DNA of 45,355 nucleotides, the filler included, from Streblomastix strix (taxonomy: Eukaryota), in NCBI GenBank assembly GCA_008636045.1. It is 2 parts of 2 records of this genome, joined end to end, with 100 filler letters (N's around TTAATTAATTAA, not from the genome) between each part and the next. Parts side by side here need not be neighbours in the genome. Positions count along the whole stretch, not along the records: positions 1 to 22,637 come from SNRW01000315.1; positions 22,738 to 45,355 come from SNRW01000316.1. One strand, 5' to 3'. Both the position numbers and the translations under genes were made by a program. Positions 18,901 to 30,800 of the stretch are shown one piece after another (position 1 is the first letter of the stretch; each line of letters starts with the position of its first letter). The notes below the pieces were generated by a model. That model had not been told where the DNA came from. It searched no databases and worked only from the letters and a program-made list of their open reading frames with translations.

Positions 18901-21291
18901 TATTTAATTCTTAAGTATAATTTATACATATTATATTTATACCTTCTGATCATCTTCATATGATGAACACACAATCCAACATTCAATGCAAATCCCCTAT
19001 CTTCGTCAACATATCTAATCAAATACAATTCTTCTAATCTTTAAGCAGCTTCTAAAATTGGAATAGCAATCGTCGTTAATGCAATTTCTTAGAATTAGAA
19101 TGACGAGCATCCAGGAATTTATTACTCTAATTATTTTGAAATTTGCATTGACAGTTAAGATTAATTCACAGCTGCTTTTTGTTTTTTAATAGACTTTGGT
19201 TCTTAATTAATTAGTGAAAGAATTACTGGAGATCGTTCATCAGTGATAACATTTAATTCTTCATAGAAATATCTAGAATAGAGAAATAATAATAATAAAA
19301 TTAATGTTTGAATATTAATTACAATAATAAAAATATATAATAATCAATTATTATGAAAATAAAGTAAACAAAATCAATATAAACGAAATATATTTAAATA
19401 TATTAAAATTGTTATAAAATACCCTCTTTTACCATCTCTTAAGAAGTTTCCAGGTTGTTAAGGATCTTCTTCAATTGTGAAAGATGCTGGCTGAGTTTCA
19501 ACAATTTCACTCTAATACAAATTATATTAAAAATATTTTAAATATTATAAAATTTTTAAGTTAATCTATTATATTTTATTTGAATTAATTTATTAATATT
19601 TAATTTATTAAAAACTGTATAATTTTACTTATTCATTTATTTTTATTCAAACCTTTGAATCTGTAGTTCTCGCTCTTACTATAATCCTTCCTGGTAATTT
19701 TTTCACTTTCAAACTATCTCTAACTTTTTACTCTGTTTATTTCTTTATCTTTAATTTTTATTCTTTTTCTTCCTATTATTTCAACTTCTAAAATTCTTCC
19801 TATAATAACATTCTCTTTGCTTAATCTGAGACTTTTTATTTTTATGTTTTCGTTTTGGACTTTTCTTCTTCTTCTTCAAGTGTTCTGCCTAATAATTATA
19901 TTGATATTAATTAATTGAATAAATGATAAATAGAATGAAAATTAAAGAAAAATAAATACATTAATTTCAATTTGCATAATATATATTTAAAATCAATCAA
20001 TAATTTATTGATATGCAAACCAAATAATTCTTTTTCTAGCTTCTTTAATGTTTTCATCTTCTCTTGTTCTTCTTCTTACTTTTTAAGATCCTGTTTATTT
20101 ATAAATTGAAAAATAAATATAGTATTAAATTAGATGATAAATTAAATGTTTATTAATTTATTATTAATAATATTTCATTATAATATATACATATATTCAT
20201 ACTTATTCTTACTATTCTTTATAGCTTATAAATGGATGCTCAACTTTTGCATTAGCTTCAGCCCAGAAAATAAGTAATTATACTTTTACTGGTCTATATA
20301 ATGGAGCTGTAGTTATTTCAACTTCATATTTTTCTTCGTTCTACGCATTTAATTATTTATTATCTGAATCTTATGGTGTTTGATTTGAAGAAGGAGGTAG
20401 TGATTTGATAGAACGTTTTTGTGGTGTATTTTCTTATTTACTTTGTTTATTTCCATTCTTCTGCTCGTCTTCATGAGCCTAAAGTGCGTTTAATCTTCCT
20501 TACTGATCCTTCTCTGAGTAAAGAACATTTCCTTTAATCAGTGATTTTATATCTTTTCTACTCAATATCTAGTTCTCAAATCCTTGTAAATGCATCAAAA
20601 TATCTTTTTGCGAATGAAATGCAAGTAACTCTTTCCCTTATAACATCTTCTTCATCTTCAACGAAGGCAAAATTCCAAAGTGATTCGGAAAGATCGGAAC
20701 CAGCCTCAGTTCAACATGAATCACTGAGCAAATCTGCTGCACCTCTTCTTCATCAGCATATTAATTCATTATATCATCATTCCCTCCAATATCTGCGAGG
20801 GTCTGTCTTTGCGCATCCAGATTCTATTAGTACTGTTTCTTATTCTTAATCCATTTGATCATCGATGGTTTCCCTCCTTTAAGGGTCTGAAACATATAAA
20901 CCGATGATTTTGATGTGGTAAGAGTTTTTGAAGGTGAAGAAGATTTTGTTGGAGACATCGTACGAGCTATAGGAACTAATGACTTGGTTGATTTTCTGTT
21001 AACAATTTTTCTTTTCTTTTCTGCGTTTGGTGAAGTTTATCGAGAATTATCTGGTGATTAATCCCATGGCATTTCACCATTCACATCACCAAATTTGGCC
21101 ATCTGAAGCTCAGATTATAGGAAATCATCATCTTCAACAAATTCGCCTCCAAAATCTTCATCATCCAACTAATTTGAATATTCATCATTCTCATCGGCTG
21201 CATCTGGATCTTTAAGTAGTTTTGTAAGTGAGGTCTAATATTGAAATGTGATAAGTGAATAAAAATATTAATATTAATAATAAAAATAATT

Positions 21292-21385
<94 letters not shown>

Positions 21386-22544
21386 TAATAAATATAATCG
21401 TCTTAATAATAATAATAATAATAATAATAAATTGAAATTGGTATTAATGATATTTATGTTTCAGTGAAAAATAATAAAATAAATTTAAATTTAAAATTGA
21501 AATAAACTTGTATTAATAAATTATATTAAGTTCAGTAATTAAAATCAATTAAAAATCCAAATTTACTATTTTTAATAAGCATACATCTTCATTTTGTACT
21601 CCTCCAATATATCCTTAAATCTTAAACTACTGCTTCAACAATTCTTGTTGTCGTTTTAATTCTAATTTAGCTTCTTTGTATTCTTTTTCTTTCCATTGTC
21701 CTTATAATTATAATTCCTAAGTTTTGATTTATAATTCATCAATAATTTATTTTCTCACTCGTATTTTACGTTCATTTCTCTTTTCCTAGCTTTTCTCTTC
21801 AATTTGATTGAGATATGCAAGTTGTACCTAAAATTATATTACATTACAATTAATATAAGTGAATAAGTATAAATATTATAAAAATTTTTTGTGAAATATT
21901 GCTTGGTGAATTAATTAATAATTATTTTTTTTATAATTATTTTTTATATATAATAAAATATTTAAATATACCCGTTTTACTTAGCCATCCTTCCAAAGAG
22001 AGATTGTATCTAATAATTTGATATTTTTTTAAAAAAAATATAAATATAAAAATAAAAAAAAATAAAAATAAATTTAATTGACAATTTAATGTAAGTCAAC
22101 ATATAAAAATAAAAATTATAATGTATTATATACCAGGTACTACTTTGGCTGTAAATGTTCCTGATGAACTAACTGGAACAAGCATCGTTAACGGTTTGCC
22201 ATATTGAAGAACTGACATCAATAATCTAAGATTAATTTATGATACACCAGCAATTTCAACTTATTCTGCAGCGCTTCTTCGTGCTTATGGTTAGAGTGAG
22301 AGAGAATTTGTTGATGGCGATCCAAATGAAGAGATGTAACGTGATGGCGTTGATACAAGCGTTTGTTTGTAATATGTTTGCGAACGAGAAATTTAAGGTG
22401 TTATTTAATTTGGGTTTTGTTGTGATTATTATGAAGCTTGTTGTCCTTAAATGGTTGATTTTGATTCTTCCTCTTACGCATTATTCACTTTCATAAGCAT
22501 AAAGTTGATAAAATTCGTTTCTGTAAGGCACTCAGTAGGAATAA
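12930..22544 (-). CDS. Large uncharacterised multi-exon protein (~2,400 aa estimated) with long E/K/R/Q-rich charged helical C-terminal region; probably 5'-partial
   Basis: Long code-6 open exons (e.g. ~22544-22133, 21235-20202, 18355-16744, 16327-15840, 14935-12930) separated by AT-rich GT-AG introns. Ends ...SMQSPPVKPNQ-TGA (12932-12930). Includes track ORF 14184..14444. Frame was spot-checked, not verified at every junction. No family recognised. Confidence 0.75.
21297..21380. repeat. (AAT)28 microsatellite in an intron of the large minus-strand gene
   Basis: Perfect AAT run lying between a donor near 21585 and an acceptor near 21236. Confidence 0.9.
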
Positions 22545-22637
22545 CTAAAAAAAATTAAAAAATTAAAAATTAGAGAAATAGAATGATATTAAAATTAAGT
22601 AAGAAAAAACCGAAATCAAATATATCTCTTCGGAATT

Positions 22638-22737
22638 NNNNNNNNNNNNNNNNNNNNNNNNNNNNNNNNNNNNNNNNNNNNTTAATTAATTAANNNNNNN
22701 NNNNNNNNNNNNNNNNNNNNNNNNNNNNNNNNNNNNN
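22638..22737. other. Artificial contig-joining spacer (44 N + TTAATTAATTAA + 44 N)
   Basis: Symmetric 100-nt block whose palindromic core places TAA in all six frames. The sequences on either side are not necessarily genomic neighbours. Confidence 0.93.
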
Positions 22738-23218
22738 ATATTTTAGCATCATTTGGACCGGTTTGTACTTCTTTGACATAAGTTTTATTATTCTCTTCTA
22801 AATGCCTGCATATGTATTACTTTGCAACTACTTTGTTAATGTAACTCAATGTAATAAACTGAGTTAATTGATGTTATATAACTTCAATGAGTGGACCGTA
22901 ATGCATGATTTTTAAAGCAGCAGCACTGGATGTACTGTAATAGCATGAAGTTATGTTGCTATATTGGATGAGCAAACAACGCTTGATACGATAATGTGTC
23001 GCAGGATGGACCGTAGTGCCTATTGATATAATTATCGCACCCGATGAACCTAAGTGCGTGATGATATTTTTATTGCAGCACTCGATGAAACGTTGTACGT
23101 GCCACACTAATGCGAATTTAGATATATATGTGCTCGTATGATCCAAATTAAAGACGTCATTTCTGATTATACTTTCCATGTCAAGCATAAATCCGTATCC
23201 GTCAATAAATATCTGTTA
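22738..23218 (-). pseudogene. Coding-like fragment running off the contig end, possibly a degenerate beta-helix surface protein piece
   Basis: Code-6 open frame (extends track ORF 22874..23188 to the contig edge) with SSGAIII and NITSC..SSAAAL motifs loosely resembling GGAI/FxxC turns. No clear start. Confidence 0.3.
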
Positions 23219-23574
23219 AATACTTAAAAATTTAGATTTATTATTACTCCCGGATCAACCGTTGAAGTAAATTTGGGTTATGAAAATGTCTAATTTTTGA
23301 CGTTTCTTTAACGAGTCCGCAATTTTCAGTCTTAAGGTGCATCATCTTATTGCATATTATTTTCTAGCAGAATTAAAAAAAATGAAACTTTGAAGACACA
23401 CGAGGCATATTTGATTGGGCACTTTTTATTAAACTGCACAGAGAAATCTGCGAAAAATCTATTAAATTAATATTTAAATTAGTGAAAAAGTGAGAAGATA
23501 AAATTAAAAATTAAGGCACGACATCTTCTCATAAGGCAGATTCATAAAGATAGAGCTACCTCAGTGTGGTTTGT

Positions 23575-23650
23575 TTTCAAAAATCACTCACTCACGTTCT
23601 GGTTTTGTCACAAACCAGCAAGTGTGGAAGCTCTTTTTCTATATTCGAGT
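23575..23650 (+). repeat. 3' inverted repeat of the DIRS-like element
   Basis: CACTCACTCACGTTCTGGTTTTGTCACAAACCAGCAAGTGTGGAAGCTCTTTTTCTATATTCGAGT is the reverse complement, with few mismatches, of 27375-27454. Confidence 0.88.
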
Positions 23651-23659
23651 CATTAAAAG

Positions 23660-24570
23660 AATTTATTTTCAAATTGATATAATCTTCATTCCTTATGTAA
23701 CTCCTTTATTTCGTAAAGCAGCCATTACAGAAAGCCTGATGGTATTGCAACTGTAGCATTTCTGTACTCCAGCTTTTCCTATTCTTGAACGTTGCACATC
23801 TGGCATTTGCTACGGATTAAGTGGTTGTCTATAATGTCCTCTCCAAAGAGTATTAGATGTCTTATATTCTTCTCACATGCCATCCAGCAGTTTTTTCATT
23901 AAAGTTATAGGGCAAATTTATTATTCGTTGCGATATTTAACATGCTTTTACAATAAATCATTTTTCATTTTCCTCTTTTGTATATGTGGACAGTTATAGC
24001 GGATAATTCAAATTCTACAAGATTAATCCTTAATCGTGCAATCTTTGCGCAGCGGAGCATTATGAATGTTTGGAGTAGTGTTATCGCATGTTCCATTCTT
24101 GATCTTTACGTTTTCGAATTTTCCTCATATCTTTCGAAGTTAAGGAGGAAATTAATATCCAAACACTATTATACTTTGTATGTGAGATCCTTTATTGACT
24201 ATGTTTACTCATGTATGAAGTTATAAGCGGATGATTATTAAGAGTTTGCCACCAAGAAGTTCAATTACTTCACATATCCTTTGTTTTGTTCCTCAAATTT
24301 TTGAATCTTTCATCTTATTGCTCTTGCACCACTTTAATGCTCTTCTAATATAAAACGACGTGTTGTTTCAAAGAAAACATGAAGCTCCATCTGGCTATTC
24401 ATTCAGAAAAGGCTCGAGTCGTGCAAGTGCAGTTATTCTCGTACGCCAAATATTTTCAGACATATCTAGTTTCACCTCCAAAGCTTCTTCATCACTCAAT
24501 CTTAATAATATTACATGATTTGTATATACTTCATCTCCTTTCTTATTAATATCAGGTGCGCGGCGATGTT
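23660..24570 (-). pseudogene. Tyrosine recombinase remnant of the DIRS-like element
   Basis: TKYNSVW (DIRS 'KY...WD' motif), AITLLQTFIMLRCAKIARLRI (catalytic Arg box I), QICPITLMK, and TIRLSVMAALRNKGVTQ (degenerate HxxR box II); frameshifted. Confidence 0.8.
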
Positions 24571-24699
24571 ACCTGGTGGTATTTTTCTGTCTTTTTTCTT
24601 CACTTATTTGCCATGATTTGGTATTTATCGAGAAAGGTTCAGTATTATTGATTTTACTGACAACTCACAAAATTACGGTGTTCAGCATTACTGCCAATT

Positions 24700-26150
24700 T
24701 GAGATTATCACGATTACTATTGAATTTTCATATTGAATCTTACATAGACATTTCCCAATGATTGCGATTGGTGGGTGAGCCAATACTACTTTATTTTCTC
24801 ATGATATTCGCAAACCGTTAGTTCACACCATTAAATGATCTTGTATTTGTGAGAAGAATCGAAGATATTGATTTTTTTCTCTCATTGCAAACGCATCTAT
24901 AGTCGGAATTACTCCAATGTTCTGAACTACCAACTTCAAGGCCTGCATTGTCAGTAAATAATCTCCTGCCCGCTCTAAGCGACTAAGATGGTCTGCTGTG
25001 GAATCATATTTGCCTAAATTACGTTTTATTGTTATTTCTATTTTCGTTTTCTCTACTAGTTGCAACGTTTACCTCAGAGTTGGAGCTGATGCAAGCGCTG
25101 ATTTTTTCCTAATTATATTTCTTACTGCTATTGAGTTATCTAATAGAATTTGTATCGAGTAGATCACAACCTTCTTAAAAGTACTTTCGAAATAGCATTT
25201 CGCACAAAGAAAAGCTCAGGACTCTCTTTGATTCGAAGAGTCTAGGAATATTGGACGTGGCCAAACTCCCCAAGCAATTTATTTATTTTTATTCGTTTAA
25301 TAAACTGCCCTCTAACCCTCATTCAATGTGTCTGTAGTCATCGTTGCTTCAGTTGGGCTCGGTGCTAAGATTGATCTGCCTTTATTAACCTTAATCTTAG
25401 ACTTCCACCATTCTATATACCACATTGCGCTTGGTTGGACTTGCGTGTATGAGTGTCATCCCTTGATGATTGCTTTGCGCAGAGATGCATCTAACTTAAG
25501 TGAATGAAGTCCACCATCTTGAAATTATGTCCTTAGGAAGTTTAACTTGCCTAATTGCGAAGAGAAATTTTTTATTTTAATAAATTCAACTTTTATCACT
25601 ACTTATCTTCAGCGATGATGTAACTGCAATATTGAGATACTTCTATTGTTGTGAAAGGATTATTACCAACTTTTTATTATTGATTACCCAACCCATTAAG
25701 CTATATATGGTTAGCGTAAAGTAAATCTTTAATTAATATCTCCATATTGTTATTATTCAGAAATATATCGCTCGAGTAGGGCAGGATAGTTATTTATACT
25801 TTTTTTAGCTATTTCTTTAATTGAGATTTTTAGCGTTTTTGTAAATATGAGCGGAGCTAGCTTTAAACCAAAAAACATTGCTCGATAGGGATAATGATGT
25901 CGATATGCCAGAAGTCTTTAATAAGGTTTAAGATATTCATGAATTCATATATGATTGAATGAACTTTTTATATCGAGAGAATTAATTCAAGTGTCTCGAA
26001 ATAATGCTTGTTCGAATTTTTTTGTGCTTGTTATTTAGAAATGAACGTGAAATGTTTTGCAATTGATTATCCTTGCAACAAAATTCTTTCGGAATTCGTA
26101 CTTATATTTCGTAAAACAAATCATTAGATTATAGAATATTATTTAATTTG
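24700..26150 (-). pseudogene. Reverse transcriptase / RNase H / methyltransferase-like remnant of the DIRS-like element
   Basis: SLDIKSSFNHI (RT motif A, ~25950-25985), YPYRAMFFGLKLAPLIFTKTL (motif B, ~25830-25895), ILPYSSDIFL (YxDD decayed to YSSD), YIEWWK, TMTTD, and TADHLSRLERAGDY...PTIDAFAMREKN (track ORF 24823..25065). Confidence 0.87.
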
Positions 26151-27374
26151 TGTTAACTTCTTCAATTATTACATGCTTTTCTTCTTCTTTTAATAATTTC
26201 TTATATTATACTTGGTTTCTAAAATATTTCTAAGGATGAAACTGTGCGGAAAATAATAAGAGACTTAGATTATAAATCATTAGTGGCATTAATTCTGACC
26301 CGATGGTTTACCCTCCTCTCAATTTTTCCCATTTGTCCAAAAAATTCAAAAGCTTTCCTCCGATCTTCTCGTTTAATTTCACTGCAATTGATGTGTTTGG
26401 GTTCATGACTATATTCTGTTCCTAAACTAAAATCTCGCGTTCCTGCAGGATCTTCTCTGAAATTATCTACATGGGGCTCGAGATGTCCAGTTACTCCTGC
26501 TACTTCGAAAAAACCTTTCGATTGTTTCTACGTTAAAGTGCCTTTTCTAAATATTCCTGGAGGAAGCTATTGATATTTCCAACATTTCGCCTTTTCTGTT
26601 AAAACATCTTTTTCGCGTGAAGGTTGTGCCCTTTTGAGCGCCTATTAAGATAATCAATATGATCTTAGCAACTTATTTTTCATTTCCTTATATGTATGGC
26701 CACCAATACCTTCGATTTTGTCTCCATTGCTAACATTTGTTTGAGATGTTGCAGCTGCATAAGCTAGATCCCCCACAGAATCTTCATCATATTCATTAAC
26801 ACGAATAGATTTAGGCTTTACGGATGGCAAAGCAGAAATAGACCTTTCAACTTCCTTGCTATCTTAGTCAAGCGTCGCCTCGCCGAAATCGAAGTAAAAT
26901 GACTTGATGTCTCACCAAGACACTATAGTTTCACGTTCAGGTGCTCTTGTGAACCATATCAGGGACACAAATGAATGTTCAGCTTCAATGGAAAGTTCTG
27001 ACGATGAGTCTGTTTGCGAATTGTTTTCGATGTTAGGATTTGACCATTTCCTCTTTCGCCTGCGATTTTCTAATTTTTGATTATGCATATGACTTGATTC
27101 TCTCATATGCTTCACTTTCACCATATGAACATGCTCAATTGGCGTATCTTTACTTGAGAAGTCTTCACTAACTGCCGTTTGCTCGATTGTAACAATCGGC
27201 TATTCTTTTTTGATTTACTTCTTCCATTTATTGAATCTTTATCATATTCGCGATTGTTTAATAGCTATTATCTTCTTCAACTTACCCTAGACCATTAGAA
27301 ACTTGCAGATTTTTGTGATCAGCTGCCCATTGTAATTTACTCATTTCAGATTTACGGCTTTCCTGTAGATCAGT

Positions 27375-27454
27375 ACTCGAATATAGAGAAGGAGCTATCA
27401 CACGTGCTGGTTTGTGACAAAACTATTACGTGAGTGAGTGGTTTTGTTAAAAAC
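27375..27454 (-). repeat. 5' inverted repeat of the DIRS-like element
   Basis: ACTCGAATATAGAGAAGGAGCTATCACACGTGCTGGTTTGTGACAAAACTATTACGTGAGTGAGTG. A candidate gag ATG (MSKLQWAADHK) follows ~30 bp inside. Confidence 0.88.
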
Positions 27455-27804
27455 GCATATAAAATTTTTTCAAAACAATTTTTTACACGATTTCTTTAGT
27501 AAATTCTAATATTTCTTTTGTTAATTAAATTTATATACTAAATAATTATTACTTTGATATATTTTCATAAGGACAAATAATATCAAAAATCCTAACTAAA
27601 TTTAAAAACTTAAAAATGTTTGTTTATAGTAATATTATAATAAAATAAACGAGTATTTTGAGATAATAAAAAAAAATACAATTTTAAAAGCTGTTTTCCA
27701 AGCAGTGTACAGTTCATATTTGTCAATACTTTTAATAACAGGTTAGGTGCAATTAATAGTAAAAATTTTCAAAAAATTAATTCCTATTTTTTTTTTTAGC
27801 AGCG

Positions 27805-30800
27805 ATGATATTAATCTTGAAATATTGCAGACCGCTTAACTCGGCGCTTGCTATTAACTTTAGTTATTCGATGCTAATAACACTTGTATTAATTGCGCTT
27901 TACAAATTGAATATACATTCATGTGTTAACATTTTTGAATTGAGGGACAAAATGGATGCTGAAGATAATTACAACTAAATCGCTATTTCTAATCGTAATA
28001 CCCTGTAAATTACTTCATCAAATGCAAAATAGCAAGAAATTGAAAATATAACAATATCTTCGCTAACAGAAATGCCTTACTATTCCGATTTATGTACAAC
28101 ACTGCTGCAATCATTCAATTTTCTTGAAATAACGAAAAAAGGATTCATTGAAACCTAATTGATTGGCAAATCTGATATTGTAAACTATTGTTTAGGACTT
28201 AATATCGATCATTACTTTGTTTTCAATCTATTATTGCTGGAAAATAACTCTATATTTACTAAATTCTATGGCAATTATTCATTAATTACCTCACAAAGAA
28301 TAGAAAATGATTGCAGTTAGATATAAATTATTCAACAATAAGGAAAAATAAATTTGTCTAATCCATTAAAGAATATTCACAGTGATTTATAATCCTAACA
28401 AGTTGAGTCATCCATGTAAACTGTAAGAAATTCAAACATTTTATACTCTTTATTTAAATAATTGAATAAAATCAAGAGATTTAGATTATCTTCATTTGAC
28501 CTTTCAGATAATGAATATGGCAACTTAATCAAGTTGATGAACTATAATTCTTTTACACTTAATACAATCTGCATTCTTCCAATGATTCTTATTCTTATCA
28601 AGCCATTTTTCATGAGCTACATTAATAATCTTCTTCCTTTCAAAAAGGAATAATCACTCAAACAAAGATAATATCAATCAAAAAGTAATCTTATCATTAC
28701 TATTAATCTGATGGCAATTTGCTTATTACATAATATTTTTGAAGTATATGGAGTAGATTATTATTTAGCTACAACTGGAGACGATACAAATTCATGTAAT
28801 TATACTGAACCATGTTTGACATTAGATGCTCCAGCATTAAAGGCAACTGTTGATTCTTCTACTGAGTATATAGTATTTATTAGAGATAATACAACTCTCT
28901 CTATATAATTCACAATATCATCAGCATTGCCGTCACCACGTACATTCACAAACAATCAATCAAATAGTACAACTTAAAGTGATATTTTTATTAATGAAAA
29001 TGGTCAATTCCTTGTTACTGGAAATGCTCTCTTTGAACGTGTCAAATTCACAATGTTGGGTTAGGCATCATTATTAAATGGTGGTGCTATTAATGCATAA
29101 CTTAGTGAATTATCAAGTAATTTGTAGATAATAGACTGCAGTTTTATTGGATGCAAAGCTATAAGTAATGGAGGTGCATTGCGCTTATAATTTATGAACC
29201 AAACAGAAATAACATTTAGAAATCTCTCCTATAATCTATGTCAAGCTTTAGACAGTGGAGGTGCATTTTGGTGTTCAATAAATAATGGAGCGAAGCTGAC
29301 TATTGCTGGATCATGTTCTTTCACAGATTGCAAAGCTCTTTCAGAATATAGTACTGGAGGCGGAGGTGCTTTATATGCTAAAATTGAAGGTGAAAATAGT
29401 TAATTGATATTTGAAGGTTCTACGACATTTGAAAAATGTTCAGCATATTAAGGAGGTGGAATGTATTTGAATGTTAGTGATCTTGGGAAGCTTACAATGT
29501 CTGGGATTGCTTCATTTCGTGATTGTAAAGGTTCATTTTTAGGAGGTGGAATTTTTCTTGAAGCTAGTAATGGAATTGTGAGTTTCAATTCAACAAAATA
29601 GATATTGATAGAGAATTGCAATAGTGCAGAACTTGGAGGTGGAATTTACTGTTTAATAGAAAATTTAGGATAAATTCATATAAACAGTTTGAAATTAAAT
29701 AAATGCAATTCCCAAAAAGATGGTGGAGGAATTTGTGCAGAAATTGAATCTGGAGGATAATTAACACTTGATAATTAATGTGAATTCTATCATTGTAAAA
29801 GTAATGGGAATGGAGGAGGGATTTGCGTTTAGATTAATATTTCAAAACAATGCACATTTATTATCAAATATGCGTATTTTCACGAATGTTAATCTATAAC
29901 AAATACTTCATTATCGTATTCTTAATCTGGATTTGGAGGAAGCTTGTTTCTTGGAGGAGAAGGAGATTACGATCCAACATCAAAATTAATTGATCTTCAT
30001 GGAATGAAAATATATAATAATACAGCATCTAAATATGGATAAAGCTTATATGTTGCAATGACTTAAATAGCAGAATGGTGTAAATATGGGATATTAGGAG
30101 AATATGTGAAAGGGAATTACAGTGATACATATTCATATGAAAAAGATTTAGAAGGAATTCCAATAGAATATTATTCATTCAATCATTCAACTTCTGAATT
30201 AATTGAACAGCAATAATAACCTCTTGAACCTTGGTGGAGAGTATTAGGAATTCTTAAAAATGCATAAGTTGTACTGAATGTATCAAATCCAAATGGAAAA
30301 TTACTATTTCATATTGAAGGATAAAGAATGATTTAAGGATATTTGAGGGTGAAGATATTTGAATTGAGAGATAAAACATAAAAAGAAATAGATTAAGAAT
30401 AGAAGGAAATAAGCTATTAATACAATAAGAATAATTCCAAATCATTAAAAAGAAATTCATCATAATCTCAAATTCCGCCAAAACATTAGATTTATAATCA
30501 ACAACAAATCTTCATTAACTCAATTATAATAAATGAAAAGAAACCATTTCATAATAATACAAATGAGATAATTTATCCACCGGAAGATGGATCAAGTTCT
30601 GCAATTTAAATTGAAGGTGAAATTCAAAGTGAATAGAATGCGACATTTGGGATGAATGATTACAAATGGCTCAATTATCAATAGAAAATTTATGGTATAC
30701 TTGTCTCAAATGATAGAAAAATATTCACTGGAAAAGATGGACTTACAATTGAAGAAGATTCAAATGCAACAATTTTATTGGAACTTATAATCGAAGAAGA

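Larger units (their letters stand above)
23575..27454 (-). mobile_element. Degenerate DIRS-type tyrosine-recombinase retrotransposon (gag-like, RT, RNase H, MT-like, YR) bounded by inverted repeats
   Basis: Minus-strand domain order RT > RNase H > DAFA motif > YR, intronless, higher GC than flanks, many frameshifts and stops, and ~78-bp inverted repeats at both ends. Confidence 0.88.

Noticed and set aside
13871..21215. Plus-strand Phe/Ser/Leu-rich track ORFs (13871, 14011, 14201, 14214, 17474, 18004, 20541, 21027)
   Set aside because: Antisense shadows of exons of the large minus-strand gene.
21255..21467. Poly-Asn ORF
   Set aside because: An intronic (AAT)n microsatellite on the opposite strand of a larger gene.
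22638..22737. Palindromic TTAATTAATTAA island between N runs as a biological site
   Set aside because: The exact 44N+12+44N symmetry and six-frame TAA mark it as a synthetic contig linker. Any linkage between the left and right halves (e.g. two E2 genes, two kinase-ARM genes) is therefore not evidence of clustering.
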